A DNA stretch of 48,566 bases from Nitrospiraceae bacterium (GCA_020346765.1 CP070788.1:2165488-2214053); one strand, 5' to 3'. Counted from the stretch's first letter, positions 17,619 to 26,520 are shown. The notes: generated from the sequence alone by a model not told the origin. Program-made: numbers and translations.

Positions 17619-17879
17619 TCAAGATAAATAAGCGGGTAGGCGGTAAATTGGGAAAGTCCGAAAGCGCGTATGCAGGGGCGCTGTGCCCGCGCCCTCAACA
17701 GGTCGGCTGGGAGATTTATGGATTTTTCTGAAGCTGCGGCTGTGCAGCTTCCAGACCCGCTTTCTGATAGCCGCGATGTCTTCTATGACCTGGAAGAATC
17801 CGATACACAGGTTCACCACAGATACCATGATGGTGATCATTATGAGATAGACAACCGCCGTTAAAATATTCTGTGCCAT
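17619..17879 (-). CDS. Hypothetical small membrane protein downstream of the permease-molybdoenzyme fusion
   Basis: An AGGAGG SD lies 7 nt before the ATG. The N-terminal 30 aa form a clear TM helix (ILTAVVYLIMITIMVSVVNLCIGFF). The C-terminal half is basic and low-complexity, so the true length is uncertain. A TATAAT lies at 17904-17899. Confidence 0.4.
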   Translation of the reverse strand: MAQNILTAVVYLIMITIMVSVVNLCIGFFQVIEDIAAIRKRVWKLHSRSFRKIHKSPSRPVEGAGTAPLHTRFRTFPIYRLPAYLS

Positions 17880-17947
17880 TCTTCAGCCTCCTGTTTTCAT
17901 TATATCGCGAACAGGCAGTTGTGAAAATCCTGGGCAGGCAGTTTATT

Positions 17948-20900
17948 TCACAATCCGTCAGGCTTGATGACCCGTACCATAATGTCGCCAAAACCCGGTG
18001 TTCCCGTAAAGGCATTGATGTTCTGCGGGTCATGCAGCTCATTGACATTGGGGGTATACCCGCAGGTTGCGTTGATAAATCCCAGTCCGGATGCCCGCTG
18101 GCCCCCGGGGCCGAAGGGCACCTTGATAACTCCCGGCATGATCTCTTCCGTGAGGAGTGCCTTTCCCGCTATCCTCCGTTTCAGGGGGTTTTCAAGGATA
18201 ATCAGGTCTCCCGTCCTGATCCGCATGGCTTCGCCATCGCTCCTGTTCAGGGCAAAGACCGGGATCGATACCGTCCCTGCCCTCAGAAGGCTATTCCCGG
18301 TTTCCGGGAGCCCGGAATGGTTGGGAGTTGCTGAAAGGGGCGGCATGGCATATTCAAAATCATTGTTCAGCGGGGCCATGCACTCCGTCTCTGTCTCAGA
18401 CAGGTAGGAGCATATGACGGTCATGGTCATTGAGTGATGCACCCTCCCGCTGATGAGCTGGAAGGGATACTGGCGGCTCAGTTGCCGGTAGCGGGGATTC
18501 TTCGGGTTCCAGTTGCAGTCTGCCCAGTAGAAGGTCGTGGGAAAGGAGGTTCCAAACCTTTTGTTGATTTTTTCAAGATACCCGAAGGTAAACTCAAACT
18601 TCCCTGACGGTGTTGCCGGGCATTTCCCAGAAGGCGTACCGTCTGACTTCCTGTACCGGTAGTAACTGGCGGGCCAGATGGCAACGCCGTTATGTTTTCT
18701 CAGCCAGTCAACGGTGAGCAGTTCCCCGGTACTGATGACCGTGTCACCCCAGACGGCCCTCGGGTTGTCGGGCGCGCCTATGATCAGGCACCCCTCGGGA
18801 AGGTCCGGATAGGGAAGGGGGGTGCCGATGTTGTAAAAACCCGGCGTATCAAGCAGCTGCTCGTTAATGAAATCCCTCTCCCTTGCGTATTTCTGTCCAA
18901 AGTCTTCGGCCCGGATGTCAGGGTCGCCGTTTCTGATGAATGCATCGGCCATGAAGACCATAAATTCAAAGCTGGTCTTTGATTCATGGAGCGGTTTAAT
19001 CACTTTGTCCCTTAGGGCAATCTCGGGGCTCATGGTGTAAACGCTGCTCAGCCCCATCCGCTCAAGGAACCCTGCCTCAGGGAAGACAACGTCTGCGTAC
19101 GTGCCGCTCACAGTGATATGGGTATCAATGTGTACATTCAGTTCAACAAGGTATGCCCCCTTTTCATCGCGTGCCGTCAGGGCATCTACCCAGTCCTGCC
19201 TGCTGCCGGCAGTGATGACCGGGTTGCCAGCCCTCGTGACCAATGCCTTTACAGGATAGGTATAGTCCCTGAAGGGCCCATGCTTCAGCGTGATGCCGTT
19301 TCGGATCTTTTCGGGCAGGTTGGCGAGCACCCCGGCGGGTGAGGCAGGATAATCGCCGCAGGCGTCCTTGTCCATCATTGACAGGCTGCCGGAAACATCC
19401 GTGCCGAAGATGTCCCGCGTCACCGTCCTGTTCAGGAATTCAAGGCCCGCGGTTCTGGCCCCCTTTTTCGGCTTGTGGGGTCCCATGAGCACCAGGCCGC
19501 CGGGACGGTCCACATTTCCCGTAATCAGGCACAGGGCCGTAGCCAGGATCGACGTGACATCTCCGTTGGTGTGATGGGCAGTGCCGTGCATGCCCACTTC
19601 AATTGACGCGGGCTTGGTGATGCCAAAGAGATGGGATATTTTTTTGATATCCCCTCTGGGGATGCCGGTTTTTTCTTCGGCCCATTCCGGTGAAAAGTAA
19701 GACAGGCTGTTTGATGGATCCTTCCTCTTTGCCTGTGCCATGAAGGCATCCCTGAATTCCTGCCAGCCGATGGTGTAGTTGTCAATAAACTCCTTGTCAA
19801 TGTAGCACTGCGAGGGGTAGTCCTGGCAGTAGTTTTCAATAATATAATGGAGCATGGCCGCGAGCAGGGCAGCGTCCGTGCCCGGGATTATGTGGAGCCA
19901 CATGTCCGCGAGGGCAGCGGAATTGGTATGCGCGGGGTCAATCACGATGTACTTGCAGTTATTGTCTGTCCGCGCCGCCGTAATGCCGCCTGACATGTAG
20001 TTGAACCGTGTTGCCACAAAGGGATTTACGCCGACATTCACGATGAGTTTCGCGTCCTGTCTGTCCCGGTACGTCAATTCCCCCTGCTCGTTTCTGGTCA
20101 GGAGGGGCCGCTGCACATCGGGGAGGGGCCTGCTGTCGCCGGTCATGAGCCTGTGACCCCAGCGGCGGTTGGGGTCGCAGATGCTTCCGTGATGGAGGAT
20201 GTTCGGGGTCCCGAAGGCGCGGAAAAGCCGCTCATAGGCAATGCCGTCGGACATGTCCCCGCCGTTGTAGATAACTGCCTCGGGCCCGTGCTTCTTCTTT
20301 ATGCCGATCAGTTTTTTTGTGACATAGTCAGCGGCCTCTTCCCAGGTTACTGGCCTCCACAGGTCTTCACCCCGCTCTCCTGTCCGTATCAGGGGCGTCC
20401 TGACCCTGTGCGGGGAATAGGTGAGCTGCAGTCCTGAGGCTCCCTTCGCGCAGACCGCACCGCTGCTAACACAGGAATGGGGATTGCCATAGATTTTTTT
20501 CGCAATACCGTCCTCAACAAGTACAGACAGCCCGCACTCGGATGGGCACATGCTGTCGGCAGTGTAGACATATTTCTGCACTGGCGGTGCAGGGGTGGTG
20601 CCGTCGGACTCACGGGCTGCTTCCTTAACGGGAAACCGGGAAACAGACCGCCCCCTGGGGATCTCATAGTTTTTCAGGGGCGCATGCATTCCATGGTCCT
20701 CGGGGGCCAGATAAAAAACACGGGGGAAGCTCCCGTGTTCAGGGTTCAGGACCTTTATCTGGCGCCGCGAGAGGAGCTTTGCGATTTCACTGTCCCTGTC
20801 ATTCATGTCGCCAAAGATCATTGCTTTTCCCATGCAGCTCATGACGCAGACGGGCTCTTCACCGCGCTTTAGCCTGTCATAGCAGAAATCGCATTTTTCA

Positions 20901-22039
20901 GGCCCGCCGGTGCGGGGATTGATATCGATGGCATGATAGGGACAGTACTCATAGCACTTCCGGCACTCCACATGGGTGGGGCATTTGCTCCTGTTTATGA
21001 GGACTGTGCCATCCGGGGTCTTGAAAATAGCATCCTGTTCTTCACAGGCCTCAATGCAGGGAGGCTTGTCGCAGTGATTGCAGAGGCGGGGAAGAAAGAA
21101 CTTTTTCACATCGGGGTAATGCCCTGACTGGACTGTCTCGACGAAGCAGCGAAAGGCACCGAAGGGGACATCGTGCTCAGCCTTGCAGGTAACCTGGCAG
21201 GCATGGCAGCCCGTGCATTTGCTGAGGTTGATGACCATGGCGTAGTTTATGCCCTTCTTTTTCCTCTCTGAAGTCCACGACGAAGGCCGCCTCAGGAATT
21301 TGTATTTGGGAAAGAGCATGAACTCGTCCCTGCTTACATCGGGCCGGTAGGACTGAAAATCATAAATCCCGATTCTCTTCTCGAGTTTTCCGGCAACGAA
21401 CGAAAGGCCGGAGCAGACGAGGAAGAACCCGGCAGCGATACTGGCATATGCGGCGATCATCTGGTCCGGCTCCCGGTAGCTGACGATGAAACCCGCCTGG
21501 GTGAGCTCAATGACGCCGATAATAAAGACAGTCGAGGTGTCTTTGAACAGGGAGATAAAAAAGCTGATGAAGGAGGGGACCATCATCCTGAAGGCCTGGG
21601 GAAGTATCACGTACCCCATTGACTCATAGCGGGACATGCCCGATGCAAGCGCCGTTTCAAGCTGGCCCCGGGGCACTGCCGTTATGCCGGCCCGGACGAT
21701 CTCGGCCTGGTAGGCGGCGGCGTAGAAGCAGAGAGAAAGGACAACAGTCCAGAACACGCTTATATGTATACCAAACAGCGTGGGGATGACATAGTAGAAC
21801 CAGAATATGATGATAAGAAGGGGAGTTGCCCGGACGATTTCAACGTAGGCGATGCAGGGGATTTTCACATACAAACGAGAAGACAGCCTGCTGTAGCCGA
21901 AGAGAACGCCGACGGAAAAACTTAGCGAAAGGGCAAGAACGGCAAAGATGAGGTTCAGGAGCAGGCCGCCCGGCTCTCCCCGGGGGAAGGCCCCCATGAG
22001 ATAAAAATCCCAGTTGGCGAGCATATTAAAGGCACCCAT
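17948..22039 (-). CDS. Fusion protein: amino-acid-type ABC transporter permease (aa 1-225), four-cluster 4Fe-4S ferredoxin of DmsB/PsrB type (aa ~264-445), and molybdopterin (bis-MGD) oxidoreductase catalytic domain (aa ~488-1363)
   Basis: This is a single uninterrupted 1363-codon ORF. The permease has an EAA loop QLETALASGMSRYESMGYVILPQAF. The Cys groups are CTGCHACQVTC, CNHCDKPPCIEAC, CPTHVECRKCYEYCP and CDFCYDRL..CVMSC. The MopB N-terminus reads MCPSECGL..HSCVSSGAVCAKG, followed by HHGSICD, IVIDPAHT and IIPGTDAAL motifs and a C-terminal binding barrel. Confidence 0.85.
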   Translation of the reverse strand: MGAFNMLANWDFYLMGAFPRGEPGGLLLNLIFAVLALSLSFSVGVLFGYSRLSSRLYVKIPCIAYVEIVRATPLLIIIFWFYYVIPTLFGIHISVFWTVVLSLCFYAAAYQAEIVRAGITAVPRGQLETALASGMSRYESMGYVILPQAFRMMVPSFISFFISLFKDTSTVFIIGVIELTQAGFIVSYREPDQMIAAYASIAAGFFLVCSGLSFVAGKLEKRIGIYDFQSYRPDVSRDEFMLFPKYKFLRRPSSWTSERKKKGINYAMVINLSKCTGCHACQVTCKAEHDVPFGAFRCFVETVQSGHYPDVKKFFLPRLCNHCDKPPCIEACEEQDAIFKTPDGTVLINRSKCPTHVECRKCYEYCPYHAIDINPRTGGPEKCDFCYDRLKRGEEPVCVMSCMGKAMIFGDMNDRDSEIAKLLSRRQIKVLNPEHGSFPRVFYLAPEDHGMHAPLKNYEIPRGRSVSRFPVKEAARESDGTTPAPPVQKYVYTADSMCPSECGLSVLVEDGIAKKIYGNPHSCVSSGAVCAKGASGLQLTYSPHRVRTPLIRTGERGEDLWRPVTWEEAADYVTKKLIGIKKKHGPEAVIYNGGDMSDGIAYERLFRAFGTPNILHHGSICDPNRRWGHRLMTGDSRPLPDVQRPLLTRNEQGELTYRDRQDAKLIVNVGVNPFVATRFNYMSGGITAARTDNNCKYIVIDPAHTNSAALADMWLHIIPGTDAALLAAMLHYIIENYCQDYPSQCYIDKEFIDNYTIGWQEFRDAFMAQAKRKDPSNSLSYFSPEWAEEKTGIPRGDIKKISHLFGITKPASIEVGMHGTAHHTNGDVTSILATALCLITGNVDRPGGLVLMGPHKPKKGARTAGLEFLNRTVTRDIFGTDVSGSLSMMDKDACGDYPASPAGVLANLPEKIRNGITLKHGPFRDYTYPVKALVTRAGNPVITAGSRQDWVDALTARDEKGAYLVELNVHIDTHITVSGTYADVVFPEAGFLERMGLSSVYTMSPEIALRDKVIKPLHESKTSFEFMVFMADAFIRNGDPDIRAEDFGQKYARERDFINEQLLDTPGFYNIGTPLPYPDLPEGCLIIGAPDNPRAVWGDTVISTGELLTVDWLRKHNGVAIWPASYYRYRKSDGTPSGKCPATPSGKFEFTFGYLEKINKRFGTSFPTTFYWADCNWNPKNPRYRQLSRQYPFQLISGRVHHSMTMTVICSYLSETETECMAPLNNDFEYAMPPLSATPNHSGLPETGNSLLRAGTVSIPVFALNRSDGEAMRIRTGDLIILENPLKRRIAGKALLTEEIMPGVIKVPFGPGGQRASGLGFINATCGYTPNVNELHDPQNINAFTGTPGFGDIMVRVIKPDGL

Positions 22040-22045
22040 AGCGGA

Positions 22046-22777
22046 CTATGCCCTTCCCCTGATAATGCTGGCCGGATCGATCCTCAGCCGTCGCTCAAGG
22101 AGGATTACCGCCGATGCCATGATCAGCGAGAGGCCCACGTAAAATACCGTGGCCGCGATGATGGCTTCGGTACCTCTGAAGGAGAGCGATTCTACCTGCT
22201 GCGTTGCCCAGGTGAGTTCGTGGGCGGTGATGGCCATGCACAGCGTTGTGTTTTTGAAGTTGTGGACCATGCGCGTGCCCAGGGGGGGCAGCGTTACCCT
22301 GAACATCTGGGGAAGCAGCACGTAGAGATACTGCTGGATCCGGCTGAGTCCCGTTGCAATTGCTGCCTCCCTCTGCGTCTGGGGAATCATGAGCCTGCCG
22401 CTTTTCAATATGTCCGAAACGTGAGAGGCATTGTCCAGGGTCAGCGCTGCGATGCTCGCCGCCACGGGATAGTAAAGATAGCCGTTGAGCGTTGTCCCCA
22501 GCTCCCCGGGAAGCAGTTCGGGGAACAGGTAGTAGAAAAAGAGCATCCAGAAGAGCACAGGGATGCTTTGGACGACCTTAACGTAGGCGTCTCCGGCAAA
22601 CTGAAGAGCCCTGATCCGTGATACCCTGAAAACTGAAATCGCCGTTCCCAGGAGAAGGGATGCCAGCGATGAGGCAACAAATATGAGAAGGGTAAACTGA
22701 ATGCCATCAACAAGGATCCGTGAGTAGGGCTCGGTGAAGAGTATCTCCCATTTAAAATCATATTTTAAATCGAGAAT
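22046..22777 (-). CDS. Amino-acid-type ABC transporter permease (HisM/GlnP family), probably starting at a non-canonical ATT
   Basis: The track ORF begins at the GTG at 22558. The same frame stays open and permease-like upstream (WEILFTEPYSRILVDGIQFTLLIFVASSLASLLLGTAISVFRVSRIRALQFAGDAYVKVVQSIP), with no in-frame ATG, GTG or TTG. A GGGAGGA SD (22790-22784) lies 6 nt upstream of the ATT at 22777-22775. The EAA loop is QREAAIATGLSRIQQYLYVLLPQMF. Confidence 0.75.
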   Translation of the reverse strand: MLDLKYDFKWEILFTEPYSRILVDGIQFTLLIFVASSLASLLLGTAISVFRVSRIRALQFAGDAYVKVVQSIPVLFWMLFFYYLFPELLPGELGTTLNGYLYYPVAASIAALTLDNASHVSDILKSGRLMIPQTQREAAIATGLSRIQQYLYVLLPQMFRVTLPPLGTRMVHNFKNTTLCMAITAHELTWATQQVESLSFRGTEAIIAATVFYVGLSLIMASAVILLERRLRIDPASIIRGRA

Positions 22778-22913
22778 GGTTAATCCTCCCTGACTACCGC
22801 ACTGCTAACGCGATTCGTGAGCATTCCCGAAGCATGGTCATGAGGCCAAATAAAGGATTTCCCAGCGTGAAATCCGGTTAACAGAACGGCACACGTGATT
22901 TAATCGTGAATAT

Positions 22914-22943
22914 ATTGTAATAATCGGTTCATGTCTTTTGCAA
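22914..22943 (-). promoter_or_regulatory. Putative sigma-70 promoter of the permease / molybdoenzyme operon
   Basis: On the minus strand: TTGCAA (22943-22938), an 18-nt spacer and TACAAT (22919-22914). This would leave a ~130-nt leader. Confidence 0.35.
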
Positions 22944-23069
22944 TTTTCCTTCTGCTCAACATGCAGCCCGGGCCGGGTTGAAATTGACAGTGCCGGGACT
23001 GGCTGGTATAGTAAAAACCTGATTCCTGCAGTGAACAGCCCTGTTAATCAGGAATAGGAGAACGCCGGA

Positions 23070-23420
23070 ATGCCCTATCAGATAGACTGGAATATTTCCC
23101 TTGACTGCCTTACCAGTGATGACCTTCTGAAAAAGATTGAGGGGGCAAGAAATTTCATCCTCATTGACACCATTGGAACCTACGGCGGAAACAGGTGCCG
23201 GATAAAGGGGGCCACAACCATTCCCTACCCTGACGTGGTTGACAGGCGGAGGGAATTCCTTGGCTTTCAGGAGATAATCGTGTACTGCAAGGAAAAGAGT
23301 TGCGTTGCGTCCAAGAAAGTCGCTTCTGCCCTTAAAATGCTGAATGTCCCCAATGTGTGTGTTTACGAAGGCGGCATCATGGAGTGGCTGAGAAACGGTC
23401 TTCCTGTGGAAGACTATTGA
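23070..23420 (+). CDS. Single-domain rhodanese-like sulfurtransferase
   Basis: LIDT....Y...RIKGA..IPY and the active-site loop YCKEKSCVASKK fit the rhodanese fold. An SD-like AGGAGA lies upstream. Confidence 0.75.
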   Translation: MPYQIDWNISLDCLTSDDLLKKIEGARNFILIDTIGTYGGNRCRIKGATTIPYPDVVDRRREFLGFQEIIVYCKEKSCVASKKVASALKMLNVPNVCVYEGGIMEWLRNGLPVEDY

Positions 23421-23433
23421 TATCAGGGCAGAG

Positions 23434-25428
23434 ATGAAGCAGTTCGCTACACGGTCGGGCTGCAGATACCCTCCTGGAGCATCCATTCACGGCCGCGGTG
23501 TCAACTTCTCCGTATTCAGCCAGCATGCGACGGGGGTTGAACTTCTCCTGTATGAAAAGGCGGTAAGCCCGGAACCCTTTCAGATAATCAGGCTGGACCC
23601 CGAGATCAACAGGACCTTTTTCTTCTGGCATGTCTATGTGGAAGACCTTCCCGCGGGAACGCACTACACCTGGCGCGTTGAAGGGCCCGGGGACACGGAC
23701 CGCACGGGGTACTGTTTTGACAGGAACGCAGAGCTCCTCGACCCCTGGGCACGGGCAGTGTCCCATGACCTCTGGACCAGGAGGAGGCCGCCGGCAGCGG
23801 GCGGGCCGGCCCATGCATCCATGCGCGGCATTGTGATCGAGAATGACTACGAATGGGAGGGTGACCGGCCCCTCAATCACCCGATGGAGACGTCAATTAT
23901 CTATGAACTCCACGTGGGCGGATTCACTCGGCACCCGTCATCGGGCGTCCGCTCGCCGGGGACCTTTGCAGGCCTGATCGAGAAAATCCCCTACCTGAAA
24001 GAACTGGGTGTCACCGATGTGGAGCTTCTGCCTGTCATGGCCTTTGATGAGCAGGCCCTGCCCAAACATGAAGCCGTGAAGGGCCTGAGGAATTTCTGGG
24101 GCTATATGACGCACAGTTTTTTCAGCCCCCATCCCGGGTACTGTCGTGCCCCGCAGACTGGCTCGCACCAGCGCGAGTTCCGTGACATGGTACAGGCCTT
24201 GCACAATGCGGGCATCGGCGTGATTCTCGATGTTGTCTTCAACCATACGGCTGAGGGCGGAAGAGGGGAGCCTGTCATCAATTTCAGAGGCCTGTGCAAT
24301 GAGCTTTTCTACCATCTTGATGAGGCAGACCGGCGCAAATACCGTGATTACACGGGCTGCGGCAACACGGTGAACTGCAATCACCCCTTTGTCTCGAGTT
24401 TCATCGTGTCCTGCCTGGACTACTGGGTACGCGAGATGCACGTGGACGGCTTCCGCTTTGACCTTGCCAGTGCCCTCGCCCGGGGTGAGGACGGGGAACC
24501 CATGAAGCATGCCCCCGTGCTCTGGAGCATAGAGTTTTCCGACGTGCTTGCTCACTCGAAAATCATTGCCGAGGCATGGGACCTTGGAGGGCTTTACCAG
24601 GTAGGTGACTTCCCGGGCTTCCGGTGGTCGGAGTGGAACGGCAGGTACCGCGATGTGATCAGGCAGTTTGTCCGGGGTGAAAAGGGGCTGGTCGGTGAAG
24701 TTGCCACGCGGATCAGCGGCAGTAGTGATCTGTATCAGTCAAGCGGGAAACTCCCCATCAACAGCATCAATTACGTCACCTGCCACGACGGGCATACCCT
24801 CTATGACCTGGTGAGCCTGGACGAGAAAAAGGATGAGGCCGCGAGAAGGAGGCAGATAAAAAATTACATGGCCATCCTGCTGCTGAGCCAGGGTGTCCCC
24901 ATGATCCTTGCGGGTGATGAAATGCTGAGGACGCAGGGTGGAAACAGCAATGCCTACTGCCAGGACAATGAAATCAGCTGGATTGACTGGCGCCTTGCCA
25001 AGATCAACGCGGACATGGTCCGTTTTGTCAGGGAAATGATCGCCTTGCGGAAGCGCCATCCTTTGCTCATGCGACGGAACTTTCTGACGGGACGCAGGCA
25101 AAACAGCCGGGGTATTCCTGATGTGCGCTGGCATGGCATAAAGCCAGACAGGCCGTTATGGGAGGACCGGAATGCCCGGTTTCTTGCCTACACCCTGGGA
25201 GCTGTGGCTGATGGGGAAGAAGACATCCATGTCATGGTGAATATGTCTAAAAAACAGGAACTGGCTGAGCTTCCTGCCATTCCGGGGAGAAAGTGGCACG
25301 TGACAATTGATACGGGCAGGCCTTCACCGATGGATATCTGTACGCCCTCTGAGCGCAGCCCGGTGAGAGGAACGGCATATTCTGTGAGCCGGCGCAGCGT
25401 TGTTGTGCTGGAAGGACTGCCCCGGTAA
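23434..25428 (+). CDS. glgX: Glycogen debranching enzyme (isoamylase, GH13)
   Basis: GVNFSVFS..A..VELLLY, YELHVGGFT, GVILDVVFNHT, GFRFDLAS, EAWD and the YVTCHDG blocks are typical of GlgX. Confidence 0.9.
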   Translation: MKQFATRSGCRYPPGASIHGRGVNFSVFSQHATGVELLLYEKAVSPEPFQIIRLDPEINRTFFFWHVYVEDLPAGTHYTWRVEGPGDTDRTGYCFDRNAELLDPWARAVSHDLWTRRRPPAAGGPAHASMRGIVIENDYEWEGDRPLNHPMETSIIYELHVGGFTRHPSSGVRSPGTFAGLIEKIPYLKELGVTDVELLPVMAFDEQALPKHEAVKGLRNFWGYMTHSFFSPHPGYCRAPQTGSHQREFRDMVQALHNAGIGVILDVVFNHTAEGGRGEPVINFRGLCNELFYHLDEADRRKYRDYTGCGNTVNCNHPFVSSFIVSCLDYWVREMHVDGFRFDLASALARGEDGEPMKHAPVLWSIEFSDVLAHSKIIAEAWDLGGLYQVGDFPGFRWSEWNGRYRDVIRQFVRGEKGLVGEVATRISGSSDLYQSSGKLPINSINYVTCHDGHTLYDLVSLDEKKDEAARRRQIKNYMAILLLSQGVPMILAGDEMLRTQGGNSNAYCQDNEISWIDWRLAKINADMVRFVREMIALRKRHPLLMRRNFLTGRRQNSRGIPDVRWHGIKPDRPLWEDRNARFLAYTLGAVADGEEDIHVMVNMSKKQELAELPAIPGRKWHVTIDTGRPSPMDICTPSERSPVRGTAYSVSRRSVVVLEGLPR

Positions 25429-25445
25429 CTCGGCAGGACAGGTCA

Positions 25446-25637
25446 TTACAGTTCCACCGGTTTGCACACATTCTCGGCCAGACGGGCCGCGCGTCCGCAC
25501 TTTCTGCAGAGGTAGCGGGCATCTTTCACAAGCTCCCGTATCCGGTCGAACTCAAGCCTGCCGGTCATCCTGCACAGATGTCCCTCATGAACGCAGTCCT
25601 CTCCGCCTTTGCATCCGCTGTCATGTTTTTTCCCCAT
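25446..25637 (-). CDS. Hypothetical small Cys-rich protein
   Basis: The 63-aa sequence is MGKKHDSGCKGGEDCVHEGHLCRMTG...YLCRKCGRAARLAENVCKP. It has a CxxC pair plus four further Cys. A GAGGAGG SD lies upstream. It is convergent with glgX. Confidence 0.45.
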   Translation of the reverse strand: MGKKHDSGCKGGEDCVHEGHLCRMTGRLEFDRIRELVKDARYLCRKCGRAARLAENVCKPVEL

Positions 25638-25767
25638 ATCTCCCGTCTCCTCCTCTAGTGTATCATCATCTGCATCATTACGGCATGAAACCTTTCAGGG
25701 ATAACAGGATAATGGCACAGAGTGGAGAGGAGAAAACCATGCCCCTGATCCGGTAACATACAGGATA

Positions 25768-26520
25768 ATGAACATGTTCCTGTCAGACTTTTTCATTGTA
25801 CTGATTATCGGTGCGGTTGGCGGTTTCTTTAACACCTTTGTCGGAGCAGGAAGCCTTTTCACGATTCCCGTCCTGATCGTACTTGGACTGCCTCCCCACG
25901 TGGCAATTGCCACAAACAGGCTGGGAGTGACAGGATCAGACATCGCCGGATGGTATGGATTCCACATCAAGGGGGTGATAGACTACCGGGCCGGCATCGC
26001 GCTTGCAGTTCCCTCCCTGGCAGGGGCCGTCATCGGGGCAAACCTTGTTGTCCACATCGATGAAAAGATTCTCAGGGCAATCATTGCAATCATCAGTCTT
26101 ATTATCCTGCTGCTGATCGTGATGAAGCCCGACGCAGGTATCAGCAGGACAAAGGCCAGGTCAGGCTTCAGACCCTACGTCATGGGTGTTGCCCTGAGCT
26201 TCATTGTGGGGATCTACGGGGGATTCTACGGGGCAGGGGCAGGGACATTCCTTTTTTATATCCTTGTACTCATCTTTGGACAGACATTTATTGAAAGCGC
26301 GGGAACTCATGAGCTGGCAAATCTGTCATTTTCAGCCATGGCTGCGGCAATCTTTGCTTACAAGGGGCTGATCGATTACGGCTGGACCATACCCCTTTTT
26401 ATCGGCTCCTTTGCCGGGTCCTACCTGAGTGCCTACCACGCGGAAAAGATAGGAAATGTGTGGCTGAAGAGAATCTTCGTGATTGTTGTCATTGCTGTCG
26501 TGATTAAACTCTTTGTCTAG
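25768..26520 (+). CDS. TauE/SafE-family (DUF81) anion exporter membrane protein
   Basis: The 250-aa polytopic protein has two halves, each carrying a G.GGG...P motif (GAVGGFFNTFVGAGSLFTIP and GIYGGFYGAGAGTF). Confidence 0.8.
   Translation: MNMFLSDFFIVLIIGAVGGFFNTFVGAGSLFTIPVLIVLGLPPHVAIATNRLGVTGSDIAGWYGFHIKGVIDYRAGIALAVPSLAGAVIGANLVVHIDEKILRAIIAIISLIILLLIVMKPDAGISRTKARSGFRPYVMGVALSFIVGIYGGFYGAGAGTFLFYILVLIFGQTFIESAGTHELANLSFSAMAAAIFAYKGLIDYGWTIPLFIGSFAGSYLSAYHAEKIGNVWLKRIFVIVVIAVVIKLFV

Noticed and set aside
22778-22913. Possible Moco or other riboswitch in the ~130-nt leader of the permease-molybdoenzyme operon
   Set aside because: I could recognise no conserved Moco-motif elements by eye, so it is left as an unexplained leader.
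22956-23486. 176-aa minus-strand ORF
   Set aside because: It overlaps the rhodanese gene, which has a proper SD and active-site loop. The minus-strand product has no features.
23377-24555. Minus-strand ORFs of 167 aa and 205 aa inside glgX
   Set aside because: They are antisense to a full-length GH13 debranching enzyme. Their composition is typical of shadow ORFs.
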